A DNA stretch of 64,000 bases from Podarcis tiliguerta (lineage: Eukaryota), in assembly GCA_965153285.1 (NCBI GenBank), contig OZ229112.1; one strand, given 5' to 3'. Both the position numbers and the translations under genes were made by a program. Every line of letters starts with the position of its first letter. The first letter of the stretch is position 1. Of the stretch, positions 23,575-34,450 are shown one piece after another. Under the pieces are notes generated by a model. The model did no database searches. It was not told the DNA's origin and was given only the letters and a program-made list of their open reading frames with translations.

Positions 23575-26424
23575 TGTAAACATTATTTATTATATATCTC
23601 ACCTATGCATTAATACAGCCTTGCCATAGTGAGGACACCTTTATCACTAAAGGTTTTCTGTGTAGGTATTAAGAGGACCTTTCAAAACCATGCAAGCCAA
23701 CAGTAGGAATGGAAAAGATATGTGTTTAGTCTGCATTTTAAAGTCATCTGATCTAATTTGCTGGACCCAGACTTACCGCTGGATTAGAACACAGACTTCT
23801 TGACATTGTGCAATGCAGTTTCAGGGGTTTTTTAATGCATATTTTATGGGGGATATTTGCATTTGAGAGGAAATGCATGGAAAAGCTTACAAAACTTAAT
23901 ATTTTAGGGGAAGCACGTGTATAAAATGTGCCCAGGTTAGATGCAATTTTTCTCTTTTTCTGTGTGTCTTAATCTACAAAACACAGGATGACATGAATCT
24001 TATGTTTGAACTGCCACTGAACAGAAACAGTTTGATCTGTCAATCCCTTCCTAACACAATTCATGTTTATATGGAAGGAGACCCTATTGTGTGTCATTGG
24101 GGCTTACTTCCAGATTAGGATGTATAGGGCTTCAGCTTTGAGCATGGCGGGAGGAAGGAGGAAAGGGAGGGAAAGCGTGCTATGGATTCACTAATGTTTT
24201 CAGAATATTATGACCATCTGAAAAAAATGGCTTGCTTGCGTATCACTAGGTGGTCCCACATATATATCTTCCCTCTGTTTTCATCACTCTACTGTTCTGT
24301 ATTTACAGGATGCCGGTGGGAACTGCCTCCCCCTCCCCCCAAATGTGAGATTTCATCTCATAATAGGGATAATGAAAGTCTCATTCCAGCTGTTCAGTTT
24401 TTCTTCCCTCTGAGAGAAATCACTTTGTTTACTAAAGATAAAAAGGTAGTGGAGATATTTTTAGAAACCAGCCATTGAAAATCAGCCTTTAACTTAAAGC
24501 ATTCATACCTTTTAGAGGAAAACTCTAAAGAATGTGTTCAGCCCAGCGGTTGAAAAAATCAAAGGGTGGTTCTCCTCTCCCTATGAATAAAGATAGCCTA
24601 TTTGAAATCCATTGTTTTATTTGAAGTATTCATTGATTCCCCCTCTCCTGGGAGACTATGTCAAATATGCAAGAGATTAGAATATGATACAATATATTAT
24701 ATATTGGAAATATGAAGGAAACAGAGGAAGAGGTGTAAAGCCTGTCAAACATAGTATAGACTCTCTTTTTTTGAGCAGCCAATTAAAATGCATTTTTTAA
24801 AAGATACATAGTGGGGTGCAATCTGCCCTAGAATCTGTTCTCCTACTGTCCAAACAGGGCTGGTACCAGATAATTGGGAAGGTTGCAGATGCTCATCTGA
24901 AGTTGCAGATTTATGGATGTTATTAAAGGAAGCAGCATTTTGATTGTTGACGTTCATGAGTGTCCAACCTGTGGCATAAGCAGCAGAGATTTGTGGTACC
25001 CCTGGACAGGTGCCGAAAGGTACATTTTTAAGCCTGAACTCCTATTTCCTTCTGTTGTACTTGGTAGAAAAGACTAGTGAAAAGCTACAAGGCGCTGCGT
25101 ATATACTGTAGCCCAACGGTGAGGAACGTTTTTCAGCCTGAGAACTGCATTCTCTTCTCGACAACCTTCTGGTGACCACATGTTGTATTGCTTCAGGAAG
25201 TGTGAATTAGAAAGGTTCACACTGAAATGTTTTCCCTATCCCAAGGCTGACTATGACTAAGTCTCCTTTCCCAAGACAGCGCTCTGTGGTATGGCGATCA
25301 CCACTGAGAAGCCAATGGGGCAGCACAACTATCTTGAATAAAACTAGTATCTATAGAACGTGATGCATTGAAAAATGCAGACATCTGAAGATTCAGTCCT
25401 ATGTTATGATTCTCTCCCTCTCACTCGCTCTCTCACACACACCAGTCTTATGTATTAACAGTAAATATTTCTACATTTTTATTATTTCAAATTTATAAGC
25501 AATCAGAAGTCAAACTATGATATTCCAGTTATCTATGCAGAGTACAAGCCTGGTCATATTCTGATGTTTTAAAAACATTCAGGCATTATTGATACATCTA
25601 GGTTTAAATAAACCCAAATGTATTTATTATTTTTGCTAAGAGGCCACATGCAAGCTTATCAGTAGCCACATTTAACCTTCATTGATATCAATGGGACTGC
25701 GCTACCCATAACTGAGCACTAGATTGTGATGAAATGACACATGGGCAAGTTCTGTATATAGACAGTTGTTGTTATGGCTATATCAGTGAGTAAGGATTAT
25801 CTCCAGCACTATGCAAGTGGAATTCTGCTCACTCAATGGGACTTATGTTTCCTCCTGCACCCCTCCCCCCAAAAAACAATCTGCTCCAGAGTCCTCCAAT
25901 CCTCTGGAGCTGATTTTGAAGGGCTGGTGTGGTCAAGAGAGGAGGAGCAAATTCCATTGTGCATACAGAAGACTGTTGTGTGAGTGCAACTACAGTATTG
26001 GATGCAGCCCAAAGATCTTGAAGATATGGCTTATAGAAATCTGTGAATGAAGTCTGTTCATGGGATATTCCCCTGATGGGAGGTTGACTTTTGCTGATGC
26101 CCTTCTTCCCCTGGAGACCTTGGCATCCCCTAAAAATTTGCTTCCAATGGTTGGGAGATCCTTTGGAACACCACCATTGGGCAGTGGCACAATGAAGGGA
26201 TTTGTGGAAATTGTATCTGCTTCCACCGGAAAATAGGCCAATATATTTTGAGAAACTTGCTGATGCAGGCATATAAGACTTTTGAGTTATTATCTTATTG
26301 GCAGCTTTTATCCTGATTGAGAAAGCATTCCAGTTAACTTGGAAGTTCACATACTATTGCAGTATGTTGGTTCAAAAAAGGCATCACCTTACCTATGATA
26401 GAGGGAAGGCTGATAGCATGAAAC

Positions 26425-27632
26425 TAGAGATGTAACATTTCCGGAAATTTTGAAGCCATGAGAAAAAAATGGTTTTTCTCCTGTTTTTTTCTGGAAAAAA
26501 ATGAAAATTTTGGAAAAATTGAAAAAAAGTTTATTGTGGAGTAGTTTTACAAATTGTGTGAAATGCAGTGTATGTAAAAGCATTATGTTTGCAATAAAAC
26601 AAGTAACCACCCCCCTTTCCCTCAAAAGCAACAAAAAAAGCAAGAAACCATCAACATAAAAAACAATCAGATTTGCCCCTTCACACCAACAGCAAATAAA
26701 GTTAAGGTCCACGTCAATATTTAAGCTCCATAGAAGGTCTACCCTTTGATTAGTGCTTAAACAACAACAACAACAAAAACCAGAAGACACAACATATATA
26801 TGCAGTTGATTCTATCTCATTTTCTGAACTACTGCTATCATTTTCCATTTCTTCTTCCTCTTTGTCTTTTTTCTCATGGACTTCTAAAAAATGGCTTTGG
26901 AAAGAAACAGGGGAAAACCTGTTTTCCCCCCAATTTTTCCGGGTTTTTTCCAGGCCTTCCCATCTCTACTTGAGGACAGCCAGGGCAAAGCATAAGGCAA
27001 TTTTTTTGCATGCCAGGCCCAGAAGTAACCAACATCCAGTTACTGAATAGTATGTTGCACTAAGGCTCAAACTCTGATTGAAAGGAAAAGGAGTGTGTGT
27101 GTTTTTTAAATTGAATTTGTTATTATATATTATAAACTGTGTGATGGTAAGAGAGCTTTCTAAACAGTTTACAAAAATATACAACAGAACATTAAAATGA
27201 TTGATAAAACACAGTTAAAAGCAGGTAGTTCAGAGTATTCAAAAGATGATTAAAGTCAGCAGTGGTTAAAAGGAAGTAAATAGCATGCAGCTTCTACGTG
27301 TCCAGATGGGATGGCCCTAACAAAAATGTTTTGAGCAGTTGCTGGAAAGAGTACAGTGAGAGCAGCTGCCTGGTGTCAGTCAGCAGGGAGCTCCAAAGTG
27401 CGGGTGCTGGAAGGCCTGGGAAAAAAATGGAAAAATTTGGGGAGGAAACCATTTTCCCAAAGCCATTATTTTCAGGGGAAATGGGGGCAGGGAATAGTGT
27501 GTGGAATAGTCAAACTATATCAAACTATTTTTTTCAATTTTTCCGGGTGGGGGGGGCGGCTTTGGGGAAAAAACGGGGGGAAACCTGGTTCCCCCAATTT
27601 TTACGGGTTTTTTCCAGACTTTCCCATCTCTA
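26425..27632. mobile_element. Compound hAT element with captured internal DNA
   Basis: TAGAGATG...CATCTCTA termini with perfect 8-bp TSD CATGAAAC (26417-26424 and 27633-27640). An extra internal right end lies at 26968 and a truncated internal left end at 27409. Confidence 0.9.
27120..27408 (-). mobile_element. L2 3' fragment lying inside the compound hAT element
   Basis: Minus strand translates APALWSSLLTDTRQLLSLYSFQQLLKTFLL, a degraded L2 C-terminus, followed by 3'UTR. Confidence 0.75.
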
Positions 27633-27888
27633 CATGAAACTAAATGAATACGCTAGAAGTGCCAGAATAAAATCAGACTGCCTGAAGAGACAGGTGCAAA
27701 TGGCATTATTGCCTGCATATTGTTGTGTGTTTGTTTTGTAATCAGCAAGTTCAGAAATGTTAACAGCAGTATCTACTGGAAATTGTATGTGTTCAGTGAT
27801 TAGAGCTTCTTTCCTTGGCAACATACAACAAATTTCACACTGAGAATTGATCTTTTCATTTTCTTAGGCAATCTGCAACACAAAACCA

Positions 27889-27894
27889 TTATTA

Positions 27895-27925
<31 letters not shown>

Positions 27926-27934
27926 TTTATTATT
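27889..27934. repeat. (ATT)n/(ATTT)n microsatellite
   Basis: Directly visible. Confidence 0.95.
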
Positions 27935-28377
27935 TTCTGGAAAATCACACCCCTCTTTTATTAGTCTCATAGAATTAGCCTGACCCTCAAAATTTGCAAA
28001 TAAGAAATCCATTGATCTCACCCCCTATGTCCTACATTGTCTACTTAATACTGTTTTATTTGTCCTTCCTGCCTCTTCTCTCAGACCTCTTAAGGATAGG
28101 TAGGTCTGTGCCTTGCAACCTAACAGGACAAACAACAGAGGAAGGAGCAGCTCAGTGGAGGCAGGCACAAACAAGGAAGCAATATGAGGTTGTTTTTAGC
28201 TGCCCGTGCTTAGGCTAAGTTACAATAGGACATTTCATCATCTTCAATTCTTCAGGCTGCCTGATCAATTCCACTTGTCACTACAATAAAGTTATTGCTT
28301 TCTACATTGGCTCCCTTGCCACATACAATAAATTTCTATTAACTTTTAATTGTCTTCATCAGTAATTCCTACTAAGA

Positions 28378-28491
28378 AGACTCGGAAACTTCAGCTGATC
28401 CAAAATGCAGCATCCAGATTGCTTTAGAACTTATATAACCCCTGTTTCAAAACAGCTGCATTGGTTGCCAGTTTGTTTCTGGTCCCAATTC
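28378..28491 (+). mobile_element. L2 ORF2 fragment
   Basis: Degraded RKLQLIQNAA...YITPVSKQLHWLPVCFWSQF. Confidence 0.8.
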
Positions 28492-28653
28492 CAGGAGATT
28501 GTGGACTCTGCTTCACTGGAAGTTTTTAGGCAGAGGTTGGATGTCTGCCATGGATGTTTTACTTGCGATTCCTGCATTTCATGGGTTTGGACTAGACAAC
28601 CCACAGGATGACTTTTGAGGGACCTCCCAACCCTACAATTCTTTGATTCTATG
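28492..28653 (+). mobile_element. CR1 3' end
   Basis: EIVDSASLEVFRQRLD, then GATTCCTGCATT...GGACTAGA...CCAACCCTACAATTCTTTGATTCTATG octamer-type tail. Confidence 0.85.
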
Positions 28654-28976
28654 TGAGTTCTCCAGAAGCAAGAGAACTTAGCAAATTAAAGAACACATCA
28701 CACAACATTTTCCTTCATCCGTTTCTGTACATAAGGTTTTGTCATGACAGAATTTAGCTGTTACAGTGTAATATTAATTATAAAGCTGCATCTCATCCCA
28801 GTCATGTTCAAGTTTCATTCTCATATCCTGTATCACATTGCACAAGAATAAGCAGTCACAATATGCTGTTCAATCTTTCCGCATAAATGAGCACATAATA
28901 CTCTGTTGTGGAGATTAACAAAGTGCACCACCAATAAAATGACAGTATATACATAGCCATTTCTTACTTTCATGTA

Positions 28977-29202
28977 CAGTGGTACCTCGGGTTAAGTACT
29001 TAATTCGTTCTGGAGGTCCGTTCTTAACCTGAAACTGTTCTTAACCTGAAGCACCACTTCAGCTAATGGGGCCTGCTGCTGCCGCCGTGCCGCCAGAGCA
29101 CGATTTCTGTTCTCATCCTGAAGCAAAGTTCTTAACCTGAAGCACTATTTCTGGGTTGGTGGAGTCTGTAACCTGAAGCGTATGTAACCAGAGGTACCAC
29201 TG
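28977..29202 (+). mobile_element. Tigger/pogo-like MITE, copy 4
   Basis: TA|CAGTGGTACCTC...GAGGTACCACTG|TA. Confidence 0.93.
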
Positions 29203-29239
29203 TACATTAAACATAATAATTGGAGCTTTGAGGGTGGTC

Positions 29240-29453
29240 GGTTTTCTTGGTATGTTGACTGCACAGCCCTTGAAAACATTTCATGGAAGTGGCTCATCTC
29301 TGCATCTTTCTGCTCTGTAACATATTGAAATGTTGGGGTAGAGAAAGAAACTCATCCGAGGTGAGAAGCTAAAGAAGCCTGCCTCTGTTGAAGGATAGCT
29401 TACTTGCATACATAAAAAAGACAACACAAACCCTCTATCTGCGATTGCTTATC
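29240..29453 (+). repeat. ~213-bp dispersed direct repeat, copy B (probable donor)
   Basis: Colinear with 18675-18887. No flanking duplication here. Confidence 0.95.
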
Positions 29454-29559
29454 TGTGGTGGTCATTTTCACAGCCAAACAATGCCATGTGACAAACGCAG
29501 CAATGTAATGCAGTCTGACTCTGTCAAGCAGCAAACTATTTTAAACAGGCTCTTAACAG

Positions 29560-29842
29560 GCCAGTGTGGTGTAGTGGTTAAGAGCGGTAGTCTCGTAAGT
29601 CTGGGGAACCAGGTTCGCGTCTCCGCTCCTCCACATGCAGCTGCTGGGTGACCTTGGGCCAGTCACACTTCTTTGAAGTCTCTCAGCCCCACTCACCTCA
29701 CAGAGTGTTTGTTGTGGGGGAGGAAGGGAAAGGAGAATGTTAGCCGCTTTGAGACTCCTTAAAGGGAGTGAAAGGCGGGATATCAAATCCAAACTCTTCT
29801 TCTTCTTCTTCTTCTTCTTCTTCTTCTTCTTCTTCTTCTTCT
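29560..29842 (+). mobile_element. tRNA-derived CORE SINE with (TTC)n tail (Squam3-like), copy 2
   Basis: GCCAGTGTGGTGTAGTGGTTAAGAGC A-box, GGTTCGCGTCT B-box, CORE, L2-like 3' part and ~16 TTC units. Confidence 0.93.
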
Positions 29843-31054
29843 GAAACCTGTTATGGAAAATCAAAGCTGTTAGAGCTACAAACGCCTGCCAACAGGAAAG
29901 CAGTTGACCATTGTCAGTCCTCCTATCTACTGGCCTTTAGTGTGACTTTTCACCTTTTTCTTGTATTCCCCCTTCTATGTTTCCAAAGCTGAATCTCCTG
30001 GATTGCAAATGAGCTGTTTCAAATCTGCATTTGTTTAAACAAATTAGTGTATGCTAATGCACAGTGGTCAGCTTTTCTTTTCTTTTGGGAAGGATCAGCC
30101 CTCCTAATCTTATTATGTTGCTTTTTCATTTCATTTTTCTCATAGTCCAATATTTGTTAATGAACCCACAAAAAAAGAAACAATTGCCACCTTACAGAAT
30201 TTAGTCACACTCGGAAGAATAATTGGGCTGATTACAAAATCCCCTAATCCAAACTGCTAAATGCAAATTGGTTTAATAATATGGGAGCTCATAATCTAGA
30301 GGAAAGGCCATTGTGCTGCTTAAGAACACACATACAAACAGAAGGCAGTTTAATAGACCCTTTGAGACATTGTACAAGCTGCAAAAGTGAAACGGGGGGG
30401 GGGGGGGAGAGAGACCTCTTTAGATTCTGCATCAGCTCCCAGTTCAGAGCTGCATATCTTTCATCATTAACACAGCTCTCCACATGACTTGTTATGCGAA
30501 CCCTACATATCTTCTTACACTGCTGGTCTGAATGCTCTGGGGATCTTCAAGGCAGCATGGCTGGTGCTCCTGTCAAGGCCCTAGTTTCACTGAGAACTGA
30601 GGAGGTGCTGAGGACCATCAACACATTTACGCATAAGCACACTCCCTAGCTAGAGTGTCTGGGAGGCTGCTTGGTTTTCTGAGGAACGCCAGACAATGAA
30701 GTAGACCAGACAGTGGCTCCAAATCTCTCCAAACAGAGGTATGAGTATACAGCTGTGTTGATCATATGGCAGCAAAGAGATCATACCTCTCAACCTCTAT
30801 TGCGTCATCACTCAGTAAATCACTTTCCAGAGCTGTACAGAGTGTTAAATCAGCCGGTGCAGACCAATGTTGTATCATTAAAAACCAGCCGTACTGTAGC
30901 CTGCTGTAAGATATCTGTGAAGTACTTTGAGGCCAAAATTCCTTGGATTTGTGCCAAACAAATGGTACAGGCCCACTGGAGGTCCCTGGGGGCACCATCA
31001 ACTTGCAATGTGTGGCAGTTGTGTGGTTGTAGCCTCCTGAAGCTGTGGAAAGGA

Positions 31055-31133
31055 TACCTGAGCTGCCCTGAGGCCGGCTTCGGCTGGGAAGGGCGGGATA
31101 TAAATAAAATTTTTTATTATTCTTATTCTTATT
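31055..31133 (+). mobile_element. L2-type 3' tail
   Basis: TGAGCTGCCCTGAG...GAAGGGCGGGATATAAATAAA followed by an AT-rich tail. Confidence 0.7.
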
Positions 31134-32770
31134 AAGACTGACCGCATGCCCTCTTGGTCCCTGCCCACCATGGGTGGAAAAATCTAGGAGGTGGGGATTG
31201 ACTGGATGGGCCCAGGGAGTAGTTAATGCCTTTCTATGGATGGACTTATTCCCACTTCTTGAAAGAAGCAGTGGTGTGTGGCCCCTCTTGAAGATTCTCC
31301 CACCGGTGCTGCTGCCACAGAGCTCAAGGAAGAGGGTGAGTTAGTGCTTGTCCTGAGCAGAGGAAGTTGTGGTTGCAAGGGAGCCTCCAGTTGCCTCTAC
31401 GTGGCTGCTGCTACTAGCTTCCTGCCTGGGGCAGCTTGCAGCAGCTTTGATTCTGGAATGACTTGGGTGTGGATGGAGGCTCTTTGCAGGCACTCCACCC
31501 TCCCCATGTAGGCTTAGTTCTGAATGACCAATGAAAAGTATGGGTGCATGGAGGGTAAGTTGTAAGCAAGAACAAGTTATGCTTTTGCACAATACCTCTG
31601 CCAATCATGAGGAACGTCTCTTAAGGCATGAGCCTTGTCTGTCAGTTTCCCAATTTTGTGGAGCTTGAGCCCATATAGGTCTTAACTCTGGACGTGAACT
31701 GGCAATTGTTTTTTAATCTTTGAATTTATGCAGTGCATGAAGTGTTTTCCTTCCTTGGTCTTCAACCTACTATAAATTGATTTGTGTGAACCCCAAATTC
31801 TGGGATTAAAAGGGGGAGAGAGAAAAACTCTTATTTATCTCAAGCTTCTCTTTTGATCTAAATAAAATTCTTAGGATTCTGAATCCTGGCCAGTTTCTGC
31901 AGTTGCCCCCCTCTTTACCCACAATTCACTTACAGTTTATCGGTGTTTCAGCAATCAAAAGGTCAAAGAAATAAATTGGCTTCTAGTAATTTTGACTTAC
32001 GCTGGCATGAGCCAACGCAACACAGAAAGTGGACTTTGATAATCAGGAGAGCTATGTAATTAATGGGAATTGTGTGCTATTTAAAAATCAAGCAACTGCA
32101 CAGTGAAATAAGCAGAAATTTGTATTCTGCTTGATAACTAAGCAGGAACTAGGACAAACCTCTGGACAGTTTTCATCAGCATCTTGGCAATCTTCTTTAA
32201 TTTCAAATTACAAAGAGAGGAGAGAGAGAGAAGTATCTTGCTGGATTGTCGGGAGAGTTAATATTTTTAGTCAAACATAACAGCAAGGATATCCATAAAT
32301 AATGGGAGGACAAAAATATTCTGCATCTGTATGTGCCGTGATAAGAAGTCATGGCTGCTTGATGGGTTTTAATTAAGACACAGTGTAGGTAATGGAAACT
32401 GAAGACAAAGAAACAGATAAATGGCTGTTCTTTTAACACAATATGCAGCACAGGAATGACACAAATGCCTTAGATTAAGGAGGAGGAGTCTGCCTCCAGT
32501 GTAATAAAGGCTTCCTGGCTGCAATGTGACATACACAAAAGCGGTACGTGAAGAACAAAGATGAAGAGTGGTTAAAAACAACAGGTGTTGCCAGCCTGAG
32601 AAGAGGGTTAGGTCTGCAGAGTGATGTGAAAGGAATTGCTGAATTGTGTTCAATTCGGGGCAAGGGGAAGGAACCATGATTAAAAATAATCTTTTAATTA
32701 TGATGTGGTATTGTATATTTCATAAAGACTCAGCTGGAGCAAGAAAAGAGAAGCATTGGAGCAGGTTGTG

Positions 32771-33428
32771 CAAGTCTACCGATTAGTCAGTTTGATGTTG
32801 ATACCAGGAAAGGTCCTTGGAGAGATAATTAAACAATGGATCTGTGAGTGCTTAGAAGGTGACTAAGACCCAGCATGGGTTTCTCAAAAACAAGTCATGC
32901 TAGACAAATCTCATTTCTTTTTTCCTTTCGATACAGCTACAAGCTTGGTGGATCAGGGAGATGCTGTGTAGACGTAGTGTAGTTTGATTTCAGTAAGGCT
33001 TTTGACAAAAGTCTCCCATTATATCTTTGTGAAGAAGCTGTCAAAATGTGGGCTGGAGGAGGTAACCGTTAGGTGGATTTGTAGCTGGTTGACTGACCAA
33101 ACCAAAAGAGTTCTCACTAATGGTTCCTCATCATCCTGGAAAAAGTGGCAAGTGGGGTGCCTCAGGGTTTTGCCTGTTGTTCAATGGCTTTATAAATGGC
33201 TTTACAGTACAAGAAATGAAATTCTGACAAACAGCAGAAAGAACTTTCTGATGGTAGGAGCCGTCAGAAATTCCCTTGGAGGGTGATGGACTCTCCTTCC
33301 TTGCAGATTTTTAAGCCAAGGTTGGATGGCCACCTGCCATGCATGCTTTAGTGGAGATTCCTGCATTGCAGGGGGTTGGACTAGATGACCCTCAGTCTCC
33401 CTTCCAATGCTACAATTCTGTGATTCTA
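32771..33428 (+). mobile_element. CR1 LINE remnant: RT fragment joined to the 3' end by an internal deletion
   Basis: Frameshifted YRLVSL..IPGKV..QHGFLKNKSC.TNLISF..DFSKAFDK..VRWICSWLTD..VLTNGSSSSW..GVPQG, then a jump to the CR1 3'UTR ending ATTCTGTGATTCTA. Confidence 0.92.
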
Positions 33429-34221
33429 AGCCTGTAGAATTATTCTCAAACTCATGCCAGGTACCTGTCTAGGTTCCTAGTTCCTTTCCCTGATACACCT
33501 TCTTGTTCTGTTTTTGCAGTGGATCCCAATGTCATGGCAAGGACTCAGAAGGGTGCCTCATGGTTTCTTCCTTTGGTTTGACCTCTGGTTATCTCAAGTG
33601 TAAGGAGAATAAATATACATATCGCCCTTTCAAAATTTGGTCCCTGAAAGTAGAGAACATGATCACCCAGTGAAAGTTCTCCATAAGGAGAACTGCCCTG
33701 AAGAATAGAAGAAGAATATGCATACACTGCAGGGAGCACTTTGTGAACAAAAGTTTGAGTCCCCAGAGATCCAGGTATATGAGAAATCTGTTGCCTGAAA
33801 GGGCCAATTTTAAGTGTGGCTGCACAGAAACCATTGAGGTCTGCTGAAGCGAAGCAAAAGCAGCAAATGTAATAAATGCAATAGGTCAACTGGTATGTGA
33901 GAATGTTCAAGAGAATGGGTGAACGGTCGAACTTCTGCCTGCCATGCAACTGCTAAGGCACAATGACCCTGCTGTCCCAACAAGCAAAACCATGCAAAGA
34001 AGTTAGGTTTCATGAGTTGCAAGCCAGTAGGGTTAGTTTCTCATCAATTGAGCCTAAGTGGGCAACACATTCAGGCTGCATTCACACAGCAGTTTATTCT
34101 GTTTCTCCAACATTTACCTAACTGTTAATCTCCATGTTATATTTGAACCACTTCCAGAAAGGCTTCCAGGGAAAAAAAAATCTGTTGCAAATAAAACAGA
34201 AATCAGTGATAAACTTTCTTT

Positions 34222-34450
34222 GTGTGCCTCCTCCAGAAGAGGTTTGGAGGGTGGCAACACGAGAATGGGCCTTTTCTGCAGTGGCTCCCCGTTTCTGGAA
34301 AGATCTCCCCAGATGCCCTTTTAAAATGTGTTGGGGGTGGGTTATTGGGTTGTTTTGTTTTTATTTTGATTGTGTATTTTGTGTTTTTATGTTGTGATTT
34401 ATCCTGTGAAATTCAATAAATAATAGTAATAACAACAATAATAGCAACAA
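34222..34450 (+). mobile_element. L2 3' fragment
   Basis: VPPPEEVWRVATREWAFSAVAPRFWKDLP followed by 3'UTR and an AAT-type tail. Confidence 0.8.

Noticed and set aside
33480-34030. Cys-rich stretch (RRICIHC, KCNKCNR, CLPCNC) reminiscent of a decayed piggyBac C-terminus or an extra exon
   Set aside because: The motifs fall in different frames with stops. There are no TTAA/TIR ends and no EGF spacing, so it is unsupported without a translated search.
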